Assembly: GCA_965219085.1 (NCBI GenBank)
Contig: OZ244720.1
Span: forward strand, 1,440,001 to 1,504,000
DNA: 64,000 nt
Origin: Dehalococcoidia bacterium
GTDB taxonomy: Bacteria; Chloroflexota; Dehalococcoidia; UBA2979
Reading direction: 5' to 3'
Shown here: piece by piece, positions 20,751-29,385 of the stretch
Layout: the number at the start of each line of letters is the position of its first letter
Position numbering within the stretch: the first letter of the stretch is position 1
The notes under the pieces: generated by a model
Told to the model about the DNA's origin: nothing
Databases searched by the model: none
Seen by the model: the letters and a program-made list of their open reading frames with translations, nothing else
Program-made: the position numbers and the translations under genes

Positions 20751-22010
20751 ATGAGCGCTCGGTGGCTGGCTGCCGTGCTTGCGATGGCGCTGCTCCTGAT
20801 CGCCTGCAACCGCAGCGAGAACGAGGACGTCGACGTCAGTGTCGACGGCTCGCCGGTCCCGTCTCCGACGGCGACGTCAACGGGCACTGCGACCGCCACG
20901 CCACGTGATCCAGCGATGCCCGATAGAACGCCGACGGAGACCGCGGAGGCGGATCGCCTCGACCCCGACGACCTGCGCGGCTTCACGCACCCCGTCGACG
21001 GGGCGTGCCTGCCGTTCACCGAGGCGCTCATGCCGAACGCGCCGCGCGCGTACCGCAACGGCGTGCACGAGGGCGTCGACATCTATCCCGGCTACGCGTG
21101 CGCGCGCGTCGAGCTCAACACGCCCGCCTTCGCGATGCACGACGGTGTCGTGGTGCGCGCGGACCTCGACTACGTCGAGATCTCCCCGGAGCAGGTGAGC
21201 GAGTTCGCCGCCCGCACCGCCCGGCAGGGCAACACCGACCCGGAGACGCTCGACATCTACCGCGGCCGGCAGGTGTGGATCGACCACGGCTCGGGCGTGG
21301 TCGCGCGGTACGCCCACCTCGCCTCGATCGCCGACGGCATCGAGGTCGGCGCGGAGGTGCAGCAGGGGCAGCCCATCGGCGGTATCGGGGAGTCCGGCAC
21401 ACCCGAGTCGGTGCTCGCGCCGGGCACCGACATCCACCTCCACTACGAGGTGCGCGTCGGCGACTCGTTCCTGGGCGACGGGCTCCCCCCCGACATCGTG
21501 CGAGGGCTCTACGAGCGGCTGTTCAGCGACCCCTCGGCGGACAGCGCGAGCGGAGCGCCGCCACCGGTGTTCCGCGTCTACACGGTCAAGGCTGGCGACA
21601 CGGTGTCCTCGGTTGCCGAGCAGTTCGGCCTGCCTGTCTTGCTCGTCGTGTGGAACAACGCCGCCCTCGATACGCCGGTCACTCCCATCGAGGAGGGGCA
21701 GTTGCTTCGCATCCCCGGCGCCGATGGCATCATCCACCGGGTGGTCGCGGGCGAGACGCTCACCAGCATCGCGGATCGCTACGGCGCGAACGTGGGCTCG
21801 ATCGTGAACTTCCCGGCGAACGGGCTCTCGGACCCCAACCTGCTGCACGTCGGCGCGACGATCCTCGTGCCGGGCGGCCGGCCGCCGCCGCCTCCCCCGG
21901 CAGCGCCGACGCCCGAACCGACGCCACAGGCGACAGTGACGCCGGAGCCGACCTCGGACGCAGCACCCACACCGCAGCCGGCGGGGGAGGACGCGTCGGG
22001 CTCGGAGTAG
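20751..22010 (+). CDS. Lipoprotein with M23 peptidase and two LysM domains
   Basis: Lipobox LLIAC; HEGVD, YAHL, HLHYE; YTVKAGDT and HRVVAGETL. Confidence 0.88.
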   Translation: MSARWLAAVLAMALLLIACNRSENEDVDVSVDGSPVPSPTATSTGTATATPRDPAMPDRTPTETAEADRLDPDDLRGFTHPVDGACLPFTEALMPNAPRAYRNGVHEGVDIYPGYACARVELNTPAFAMHDGVVVRADLDYVEISPEQVSEFAARTARQGNTDPETLDIYRGRQVWIDHGSGVVARYAHLASIADGIEVGAEVQQGQPIGGIGESGTPESVLAPGTDIHLHYEVRVGDSFLGDGLPPDIVRGLYERLFSDPSADSASGAPPPVFRVYTVKAGDTVSSVAEQFGLPVLLVVWNNAALDTPVTPIEEGQLLRIPGADGIIHRVVAGETLTSIADRYGANVGSIVNFPANGLSDPNLLHVGATILVPGGRPPPPPPAAPTPEPTPQATVTPEPTSDAAPTPQPAGEDASGSE

Positions 22011-22066
22011 GCGTCCGTAGCGACCCTCGCGCTTAGCATGATCGGAGGACGGCGGGAGGCTGCGGC

Positions 22067-22906
22067 GTGCCGGTACTGGCGATCGAGATTGGCTGGGGTC
22101 CGGACATCGCGCAGCTGGGTGGCCTGCTGCTGACCTGGCACGGCGTGTTCACCGCGGTGGGCATCCTGGCCGGCGTGCAGATCGCCCTCCAGCTCGCGAA
22201 GGTCACCGGCTACGACTACGACGACGCCTACGCGCTCGCGCTCGTGGGCATCCCGTGCGGGATCATCGGCGCGCGGCTGCTCTTCGTGGTGGAGGCGTGG
22301 GACTACTACGGCGCCAACCCCGGCGACATCATCCGCATCACCGAGGGCGGCATCTCGATCTGGGGCGCGATCCTCGGCGGGGTCGGGGGCGCGCTCACCT
22401 TCGGGCTCTGGAAGGGCTACCCGGCCGCCCGAGGGCTTGACCTCGCTGCGTTCGGGCTGATCCTCGGCCAGGGCATCGGGCGTCTCGGCGACCTCGTCAA
22501 CGGCGAGCACCTCGCGAAGGCGACGGACCTGCCGTGGGGCGTGATCTACACGCACCCCGACTCGCCGGCGTTCGTGCACTCGCTGACCGTGGGAGCGCAC
22601 CACCCCGCCACGACGTACGAGATGATCGGCGACTTCGTCATCCTCGCGCTGTTGTTCGTGGTGCTGTTCCGCGTGTTCTGGCGCCGCCCGGGGCTGACGT
22701 TCTTCGTGTACCTCGTGGGCTACGCGGTGATGCGGTTCTTCGTCACATACCTGCGCATCGACTCCTCGGACACGTTGCTGCTCGACCTCAAGGTGCCGCA
22801 GCTGGTCTCGGTGCTCGTGATACTCGCAGCGCTCCCCGCGATCTGGTACTTCGCGAAGCAGCCGCCGATCGAGGAGTCCGCGCCGCCGCTGCTGCGTCGC
22901 GGGTAG
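22067..22906 (+). CDS. lgt: Prolipoprotein diacylglyceryl transferase
   Basis: IGARL, GGISIWGAILGG, GQGIGRLGDLVNGE, HPATTYE. Confidence 0.92.
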   Translation: MPVLAIEIGWGPDIAQLGGLLLTWHGVFTAVGILAGVQIALQLAKVTGYDYDDAYALALVGIPCGIIGARLLFVVEAWDYYGANPGDIIRITEGGISIWGAILGGVGGALTFGLWKGYPAARGLDLAAFGLILGQGIGRLGDLVNGEHLAKATDLPWGVIYTHPDSPAFVHSLTVGAHHPATTYEMIGDFVILALLFVVLFRVFWRRPGLTFFVYLVGYAVMRFFVTYLRIDSSDTLLLDLKVPQLVSVLVILAALPAIWYFAKQPPIEESAPPLLRRG

Positions 22907-22922
22907 GGCCGCGGGTAGGCAG

Positions 22923-23186
22923 GTGGCGGAGGGCGTCTCGCAGGTCGTGCTCTACACGCGCGAGGACTGCCGCCTCTGCGTCCACGCCCGCGACGCGCTG
23001 CGCCGGCTCGGCCGCGAGCTGGCGTTCGAACTCCTCGTGGTGGACGTCGACGCCGACCCGTCGCTCGCCGCGCGTTACGGGGATGCCGTGCCGGTGGTGG
23101 CGGTCGACGGTGTCGAGGTGAGCACGGGGCGGATCGATGTCGCGGTGGTGCGGCGGGCGGTGGTGGCGGCGCCGCGCCGGGCTTGA
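22923..23186 (+). CDS. Glutaredoxin-like protein
   Basis: LYTREDCRLC, RYGDAVPVV. Confidence 0.82.
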   Translation: MAEGVSQVVLYTREDCRLCVHARDALRRLGRELAFELLVVDVDADPSLAARYGDAVPVVAVDGVEVSTGRIDVAVVRRAVVAAPRRA

Positions 23187-23220
23187 AGGCAACAGAAGTG
23201 TTGCGTAAAGTGGGGTGTGA

Positions 23221-23408
23221 GTGCGCGCGCGCGAGTTCCAACGATGGCTGCGGAGGCAGGGCTGCTCGTTCGAGACCCGGAGGGGTGGCAGCGGGCATAT
23301 CACCGTGCGCTCGGGAACCGGAAGACATCGATGCCGATGCACGGCAGTCGGAAAGAGTTGGGACCAGGACTGGTCGCCAAGATCAAGAAAGACCCGGGGT
23401 TGGACTGA
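23221..23408 (+). pseudogene. HicA toxin broken by a 1-nt frameshift near 23310
   Basis: Frame A reads REFQRWLRRQGCSFETRRGGSGHITVR; frame B continues GNRKTSMPMHGSRKELGPGLVAKIKKD. Confidence 0.8.
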
Positions 23409-23830
23409 TGCTGGAGTACCCGATCATCCTCGAGGAGGACGACAACGACACGTTGCTCGTGACCTCGCCCGACTTCCCGGAGCTCACCACGTTCGGCGAC
23501 GACCGCGCCGAGGCGATCGCGCGGGCCGTCGATGCGCTCGAGGAGGTGATCGCGGCGCGCATGTACGACCGGGAGGACATCCCGCCCCCGTCGACAGGGG
23601 ACGCCTACGTCGCCCTTCCGACTCTCACCTCAGTGAAGGTGATGCTGTACCAGGGAATGCGCGACGAGGGCGTAGGTAAGGCCGAACTCGCGCGCCGACT
23701 CGGGTGGCACATGCCGCAGGTCGATCGCGTGCTCGACATCAATCACCGCTCGCGGCTCGACCAGATGGACGCAGCCCTCGGCGCCATCGGTCGGCGCTTG
23801 CAGGTGACTACGGCGGCGGCGCCGCGATAG
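23408..23830 (+). CDS. HicB antitoxin with C-terminal HTH
   Basis: YPIILEEDD..VTSPDFPELTTFGD..GKAELARRLG; TGATG coupling to hicA. Confidence 0.88.
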   Translation: MLEYPIILEEDDNDTLLVTSPDFPELTTFGDDRAEAIARAVDALEEVIAARMYDREDIPPPSTGDAYVALPTLTSVKVMLYQGMRDEGVGKAELARRLGWHMPQVDRVLDINHRSRLDQMDAALGAIGRRLQVTTAAAPR

Positions 23831-23866
23831 CTCGACCCAACGTGAGGCGGCTCGCGGGCCCTCCGG

Positions 23867-23895
23867 TTGACACTCCCGTAACGCGTTCATAGCCT
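23867..23895 (+). promoter_or_regulatory. Sigma70 promoter of the sulfur-relay operon
   Basis: TTGACA-N17-TAGCCT. Confidence 0.75.
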
Positions 23896-24123
23896 CACAC
23901 GTGCGCCCCGCGACGGCAGATGCCCGCTCATGGCGGCGATGGACGAAGGCAGCCCGTGGCGCTCCGAACCTCCGACATGCGTCTGCTCCCGGCCGCCCCC
24001 AGTGGGCTGCATGGTGGCCGCATGGTGATGCGCTAGCCCGCGCGTCCTCGCTCGGCGAGGGCGACGGCGGGCCTCCCCTGTCCGGCCAACGAACCCTCGA
24101 CGAACCCAAAGGCCCACCCCACC

Positions 24124-25392
24124 ATGCCCTACGCACAGGCCCTCCGATGCCGGGAGTGCGGGCGGGAGTATCCGCTCGAACCCTCCTTCTTCTGCCAGTT
24201 CTGCTTCGGTCCGCTCGAGGTCGACTACGACTACGAGGCGATCTCGAAGGTCATGACCCGCGAGTCCGTGGCCGCCGGGCCGCCCACGCTCTGGCGCTAC
24301 GCCCCGCTGCTGCCGTGCGACCCCGACTACAAGGTCGACCTCGGCACCGGCTTCACGCCGCTGCTGCGCGCCGACCGCCTCGCCGACGCGCTCGGGCTGG
24401 AGCGGCTGTGGCTGAAGAACGACACCGTGAACCCGACGTGGTCGTTCAAGGATCGTGTCGTCTCCGTGGCGATCGCGCGCGCCCGCGAGTTCGGCTTCAC
24501 GGGCATCGCCTGCGCAAGCACGGGCAACCTCGCCAACTCGGTGGCGGCGCATGGCGCGCACGCCGGCATGGACACCTTCGTGTTCATCCCCGACGACCTC
24601 GAGGAGGGCAAGGTCGTGGGCAGTGCGATCTACGCGCCCGCGCTCGTGATGGTGCGGGGCTCCTACGATGACGTGAACCGGATGTGTACCGAGCTCTCCC
24701 AAGACCAGCCGTGGGCGTTCGTGAACATCAACGTGCGGCCCTACTACGCCGAAGGCTCCCGCACCCTCGCCTACGAGGTCGCCGAGCAGCTTGGCTGGCG
24801 CTCGCCGGACCACTGCGTGGTCCCGATGGCGTCGGGCTCGCTCTACACCAAGATCTGGAAGGGCTTCAAGGAGCTGCACCAGGTGGGGCTCATCGATGAG
24901 CCCTCGACGCGTATGTCCGGCGCGCAGGCGGCCGGCTGCTCGCCGATCTCGACGGCGTACGCCGAAGGCACGCTCAACTTCCGCCCGCAGAAGCCGAACA
25001 CCATCGCCCGCTCGCTCGCCATCGGCAACCCGGCCGACGGCTACTACGCGCTGAAGACGATGCAGGAGACGGGCGGCGGCGCCGAGATGGCGACCGACCC
25101 GGAGATCGTCGACGCCGTGAAGCTGCTCGCGGAGACCGAGGGCATCTTCGCCGAGAGCGCCGGCGGCGTGACCGTCGCCTGCCTCAAGCGCATGGTCGAG
25201 AGCGGGCACATCCGCCGCGACGAGGAGACGGTCGTGTTCATCACCGGCGGCGGGCTGAAGACGATCGAGGCGGTACAGGGACACCTCGAAGAGCCCCTGC
25301 GCGTGCCGGCCAACTCGGACGCGTTCGTGGAAGCATTCGAGGCGCGCCGCGCCGCGCAGGCCGGCGTCGCCGTGACGGCAGGTGGTGCGTGA
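24124..25392 (+). CDS. Threonine synthase-like PLP enzyme (possibly O-phosphohomoserine sulfhydrylase)
   Basis: N-terminal Zn ribbon, NPTWSFKDR, ASTGNLA, PMASG, FITGGGLK; adjacent to Ubl sulfur carriers. Confidence 0.85.
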   Translation: MPYAQALRCRECGREYPLEPSFFCQFCFGPLEVDYDYEAISKVMTRESVAAGPPTLWRYAPLLPCDPDYKVDLGTGFTPLLRADRLADALGLERLWLKNDTVNPTWSFKDRVVSVAIARAREFGFTGIACASTGNLANSVAAHGAHAGMDTFVFIPDDLEEGKVVGSAIYAPALVMVRGSYDDVNRMCTELSQDQPWAFVNINVRPYYAEGSRTLAYEVAEQLGWRSPDHCVVPMASGSLYTKIWKGFKELHQVGLIDEPSTRMSGAQAAGCSPISTAYAEGTLNFRPQKPNTIARSLAIGNPADGYYALKTMQETGGGAEMATDPEIVDAVKLLAETEGIFAESAGGVTVACLKRMVESGHIRRDEETVVFITGGGLKTIEAVQGHLEEPLRVPANSDAFVEAFEARRAAQAGVAVTAGGA

Positions 25393-25637
25393 TGGCGAAG
25401 CGACATGTGCGGTTCACGTTCGAGCCGAACCTCATCCAGGAGCCGCTCATCTACCTGCTCGGGCACGAGTTCCGGGTGGTCACGAACATCCGCATGGCGG
25501 ATGTCGACGAGCACGTGGGATGGGTCGTGCTGGAGCTCGAGGGCGAGTCCGACGAGATCGCGCGCAGCCTGGAGTGGGCGCGCGGAAAGGGCGTGCGCGT
25601 CGACGACGCGACGCTCGGCGACGTGGTCGAAGGCTAG
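25389..25637 (+). CDS. NIL domain protein
   Basis: FEPNLIQEPLIY..VTNIRMADV..GWVVLELEG. Confidence 0.85.
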   Translation: MMAKRHVRFTFEPNLIQEPLIYLLGHEFRVVTNIRMADVDEHVGWVVLELEGESDEIARSLEWARGKGVRVDDATLGDVVEG

Positions 25638-25650
25638 CATCCCGGCCCAG

Positions 25651-25925
25651 CCTGCGGGGTATCCCCGCGTGAGAGCCTGCGGGGTATCCCCGCGTGAGAG
25701 CCTGCGGGGTATCCCTGCGTGAGAGCCTGCGGGGTATCCCTGCGTGAGAGCCTGCGGGGTATCCCCGCGTGAGAGCCTGCGGGGTATCCCCGCGTGAGAG
25801 CCTGCGGGGTATCCCCGCGTGAGAGCCTGCGGGGTATCCCCGCGTGAGAGCCTGCGGGGTATCCCCGCGTGAGAGCCTGCGGGGTATCCCCGCGTGAGAG
25901 CCTGCGGGGCATCCCCGCGTGAGAG
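25651..25925. repeat. Tandem array of 11 x 25 bp CCTGCGGGGTATCCCCGCGTGAGAG, each with a palindromic core
   Basis: Units start at 25651+25n; units 3, 4 and 11 each have one substitution; no spacers. Confidence 0.97.
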
Positions 25926-25953
25926 GTTGCGCGAACACGAGAGGAAGGCCGCA

Positions 25954-26232
25954 ATGGCGGTGACCGTGAAGATTCCCACCCCCCTGCGCGAGCTCACCGC
26001 CGACCAGGGCACGGTGACGGCGGACGGCGCGAGCACGCTGCTCGAGCTGGTCGAACACCTCGAGGCGACGTACCCGGGCATGCGCGAGCGGCTGTGCGGC
26101 GACGACGGAGAGCTGCGGCGCTTCGTCAACGTGTTCGTCAACGGCGAGGACGTGCGCTACCTCTCCGGCCTGGACAGCGCGCTGTCCGAGGGCGACGAGG
26201 TGTCGATCGTCCCGGCCGTCGCGGGCGGGTAG
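25954..26232 (+). CDS. MoaD/ThiS/CysO-family ubiquitin-like sulfur carrier
   Basis: VKIPTPLR..FVNVFVNGEDVR..PAVAGG C-terminus. Confidence 0.93.
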   Translation: MAVTVKIPTPLRELTADQGTVTADGASTLLELVEHLEATYPGMRERLCGDDGELRRFVNVFVNGEDVRYLSGLDSALSEGDEVSIVPAVAGG

Positions 26233-26371
26233 GGCCACTGCCACGTCCGCGATGACGACCCGGACGGCCTGCTACAATGTTGAGCGACGAACTCGACAAT
26301 TCCGCCGCGACTGCCGGCGGGGGCAGGCCGGGGTTCCCCCGATGTGGGGATACCCCGGGCCGGGCGAAGCG

Positions 26372-26818
26372 ATGAGACTCAGCACCAAGAGCGACTACGG
26401 CGTGCGGGCGCTCATCGAGCTCGCGCTCAGCGGCGACGGCGCGCCGGTGCAGCGCGCCGAGATCGCCTCGCGGCAGCACATCCCGGAGTCGTACCTCGAC
26501 CATCTGCTCGCGCAGCTCCGGCGCGACGGCTTCGTGCGCAGCGTGCGCGGCCCCGGCGGCGGACACCTGCTCACGCGCGAGCCGGAGGAGATGTGCCTGC
26601 TGCACGTCATCGAGAGCCTCGAGGGCTCCGTGGCGCCGATCGCCTGCCTGGAAGAGGGCGGCGAGTGCTCGCACGAGCCCGGCGAGTGCGTGCAGCGCTG
26701 GGTGTGGGAAGACATCTACGAGGAGACGCGCCGCCGCCTGCGCGCCGTCTCGCTGGCGGACCTCGCCGAGCGCGTGCGCGATCGGCGCCGCCGAGCCGCG
26801 GCGAACTACTCGATCTGA
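26372..26818 (+). CDS. Rrf2-family regulator (three Cys, probably Fe-S binding)
   Basis: MRLSTKSDYG, YLDHLL, SVRGPGGG, C-x6-C-x6-C; extended -10 TGCTACAAT at 26270. Confidence 0.92.
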   Translation: MRLSTKSDYGVRALIELALSGDGAPVQRAEIASRQHIPESYLDHLLAQLRRDGFVRSVRGPGGGHLLTREPEEMCLLHVIESLEGSVAPIACLEEGGECSHEPGECVQRWVWEDIYEETRRRLRAVSLADLAERVRDRRRRAAANYSI

Positions 26819-26873
26819 CCAGCTTGCCCGGAACGAGACGAGGACGCGCGTGAACCACGAGGGTGGGTACCCG

Positions 26874-27791
26874 ATGCAGCCGGCTATCGCCGACTCGGTG
26901 CTTGATCTCGTCGGCGCCACCCCGCTCGTGCGGCTCGGCCGCGTCACGCCCGAGGGCTGCGCCGAGGTGCTCGGGAAGCTCGAGGCGCGCAACCCGGCCG
27001 GGTCCGTGAAGGACCGCATCGCGCTGCGCATGGTCGAGTCGGCCGAGCGCGAGGGCCTCATTCACCCCGGCGATACGCTCGTCGAGCCGACCTCGGGCAA
27101 CACCGGGATCGGGCTGGCGATGGTGTGCGCGCGCAAGGGCTACCAGCTCGTGCTGACGATGCCCGAGGACATGAGCCTGGAGCGGCGACGGCTACTCGAA
27201 CGCTTCGGCGCGGCGCTGCACCTCACCCCGGCGATCGAGGGCATGACCGGCGCGGTCTACGCCGCCGAGGAGCTCGTCGGGCGCCACGGCTACTTCATGC
27301 CGCAGCAGTTCGACAACCCCGCCAACCCGCAGGTACACCGCGACACCACCGGCCCCGAAATCCTCGACGCCATCGGGGGCGAGATCGACGCCTTCGTCGC
27401 CGGCGTCGGGACGGGCGGAACGATCACGGGCGTGGGCGAGGTGCTGCGCGAAGCGGGCATCGATGTCCGCATCGTCGCGGTCGAGCCCGCGCGGTCGGCG
27501 GTGTTGCAGGGAGAGCGCGCGGGGCTGCACGGTATCCAGGGCATCGGCGCGTCGTTCGTGCCGAACGTGCTCAACCGCGACATCTACGACGAGGTCATGA
27601 GCGTCCGCGACGAAGACGCGTACGCGATGGCGAGCCGGCTGACCAAGGAGGAGGGCCTGCTGGTGGGCATCTCCGCGGGCGCGAACGTGTGGGCCTCGAT
27701 CGAGGTCGGCATGCAACTCGGGCCCGGCAGTCGGGTGGTGACGATGCTGTGTGACACGGGAGAACGGTACCTGAGCGTGCCGCTCGAGTAG
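26874..27791 (+). CDS. cysK: Cysteine synthase A
   Basis: NPAGSVKDR, EPTSGNTG, QQFDNPAN, GVGTGGT, HGIQGIG, DTGERYLS. Confidence 0.92.
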   Translation: MQPAIADSVLDLVGATPLVRLGRVTPEGCAEVLGKLEARNPAGSVKDRIALRMVESAEREGLIHPGDTLVEPTSGNTGIGLAMVCARKGYQLVLTMPEDMSLERRRLLERFGAALHLTPAIEGMTGAVYAAEELVGRHGYFMPQQFDNPANPQVHRDTTGPEILDAIGGEIDAFVAGVGTGGTITGVGEVLREAGIDVRIVAVEPARSAVLQGERAGLHGIQGIGASFVPNVLNRDIYDEVMSVRDEDAYAMASRLTKEEGLLVGISAGANVWASIEVGMQLGPGSRVVTMLCDTGERYLSVPLE

Positions 27792-27877
27792 CGGCGCGCA
27801 CAGCGATGCAGTCGAGGAAGCACGCAAGTCCCGCCCAGGCGAAGATGGCGGGACGGACAGAGGAAGAGGAGCAAGGC

Positions 27878-29020
27878 ATGGCGGTGAGTGTGTACATCCC
27901 CACCCCGTTCCGGCGGCTCACGGCAAACCGTGAGTACGTCCAGGCCGAGGGCGCGAGCGTCGGCGAGGTGCTCGACGGGCTGGCGGAGCGCTTCCCGGGC
28001 CTCGACATGCTCGTCTACGACGAGCACCGCGAGGTGCCGGCGCACATCAACATCTACGTGAACAACCAGGAGATCCACGACCTGGACGGCACCGCGACGC
28101 CGCTCGGCGACGGTGACCAGATGGCCGTGATCCCCGCCCTCGCGGGCGGCGCGCCCGACGGCGCGGCCGGCAATGGGGGTGGCGGAACCGCACCGAGCGC
28201 CGCGCTCACGCCCGACGAGGCGATGCGCTACTCGCGCCACATCATCATGTCGCAGGTGGGGTCGATCGGGCAGCGCCAGCTGCGCAACTCGAAGGTGCTG
28301 GTCGTGGGCGCGGGCGGGCTCGGCTCGCCGGTGGCGATCTACCTCGCGCTCGCCGGCGTCGGCACCATCGGGCTCGTCGACTTCGACATCGTCGACCTCT
28401 CGAACCTGCAGCGGCAGCTGCTGCACCAGACGGAGGACGTGGGCCGGCCGAAGATCGAGTCGGCGGTGGACTCGCTGCACTCGTACAACCCGCACGTGCG
28501 GGTGGTGACGCACGCCGCGCCGCTCACCTCCGAGAACGCGATGGAGATCCTGACCGACTACGAGATCGTCGTGAACGGCGCTGACAACTTCGCCACGCGC
28601 TACCTGGTGAACGACGCCGCCTACCTGCTCGGCAAGACCCTCGTCGACGGCTCGATCCTGCTGTTCGACGGGCAGGCGACGGTGTTCGAGCCCGGCGAGG
28701 GCTGCTACCGCTGCCTCTACCCCACGCCGCCGCCGCCGGGGCTGGTGCCCTCGTGCGCCGAGGCGGGCGTGCTGGGCTCGATCACCGGCATCGTCGGCTC
28801 CATCCAGGCGACCGAGGTGTTCAAGCAGGTGCTGGACATCGGCCGCCCGCTCACCGGCCGGCTGCTGCTGGTGGACGCGTTGACGATGGAGTTCCGCGAG
28901 ATGAAGCTCCGCCGCGACCCGGATTGCCCACTCTGCGGCGATGAGCCGACCGTGACAGAACTCATCGACTACGACGCGTTCTGCGGATCGCCGCCGCTCG
29001 ACTGGGAGCCGATGAACTAA
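27878..29020 (+). CDS. Ubl (MoaD-like)-MoeB/ThiF E1 fusion
   Basis: Ubl ending PALAGG (28145-28150), Gly-rich linker, then RYSRH, GAGGLG, SNLQRQ, DNF, CYRC, CPLC. Confidence 0.92.
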   Translation: MAVSVYIPTPFRRLTANREYVQAEGASVGEVLDGLAERFPGLDMLVYDEHREVPAHINIYVNNQEIHDLDGTATPLGDGDQMAVIPALAGGAPDGAAGNGGGGTAPSAALTPDEAMRYSRHIIMSQVGSIGQRQLRNSKVLVVGAGGLGSPVAIYLALAGVGTIGLVDFDIVDLSNLQRQLLHQTEDVGRPKIESAVDSLHSYNPHVRVVTHAAPLTSENAMEILTDYEIVVNGADNFATRYLVNDAAYLLGKTLVDGSILLFDGQATVFEPGEGCYRCLYPTPPPPGLVPSCAEAGVLGSITGIVGSIQATEVFKQVLDIGRPLTGRLLLVDALTMEFREMKLRRDPDCPLCGDEPTVTELIDYDAFCGSPPLDWEPMN

Positions 29021-29097
29021 CGCCGGCGCGCAAGCGCCATCCGCCCGGAGCGGCCGGCAAGGAACGGCCCGCCACCGGGCCTGGAGGGGAGACCACT

Positions 29098-29373
29098 TTG
29101 GCCGTGCAGGTGCACGTGACATCCGTGATCCAGCGCGTCGTGGGCGGGCAACGCACGCTCAGCGCCGACGGCGGCACGGTGATCGAGATGATCGACGACA
29201 TCGAGGCGCGCTACCCGGGCTTCCGCGACACGCTCGTGGGCGAAGACGGCAAGCTGTACCGCTTCGTGAACATCTACCTCAACAACGAGGACGTGCGGTT
29301 CATGGACGGGGCCGAGACGGAGCTCTCCGAGGGCGACGAGGTCTCGATCCTGCCCGCCCTGGCCGGGGGCTAG
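29098..29373 (+). CDS. Ubiquitin-like sulfur carrier (CysO-like)
   Basis: FVNIYLNNEDVRF..PALAGG C-terminus; directly upstream of cysM. Confidence 0.92.
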   Translation: MAVQVHVTSVIQRVVGGQRTLSADGGTVIEMIDDIEARYPGFRDTLVGEDGKLYRFVNIYLNNEDVRFMDGAETELSEGDEVSILPALAGG

Positions 29374-29385
29374 GGGAACGCGGAC

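Noticed and set aside
23896-24123. Canonical SAM-I/SAM-IV riboswitch or T-box
   Set aside because: Conserved cores (AUC..GAG..GCAACC; T-box GGTGGNACC) not found by eye; an Infernal scan is needed
25651-25925. CRISPR array
   Set aside because: Units are head-to-tail with no unique spacers, no AT-rich leader and no cas genes in the window, despite an I-E-like stem
25044-26244. Minus-strand ORFs encoding (TRGYPAGSHAGIPRRLSRGDTPQAL)n
   Set aside because: A by-product of a stop-free 25-bp repeat, antisense to real genes
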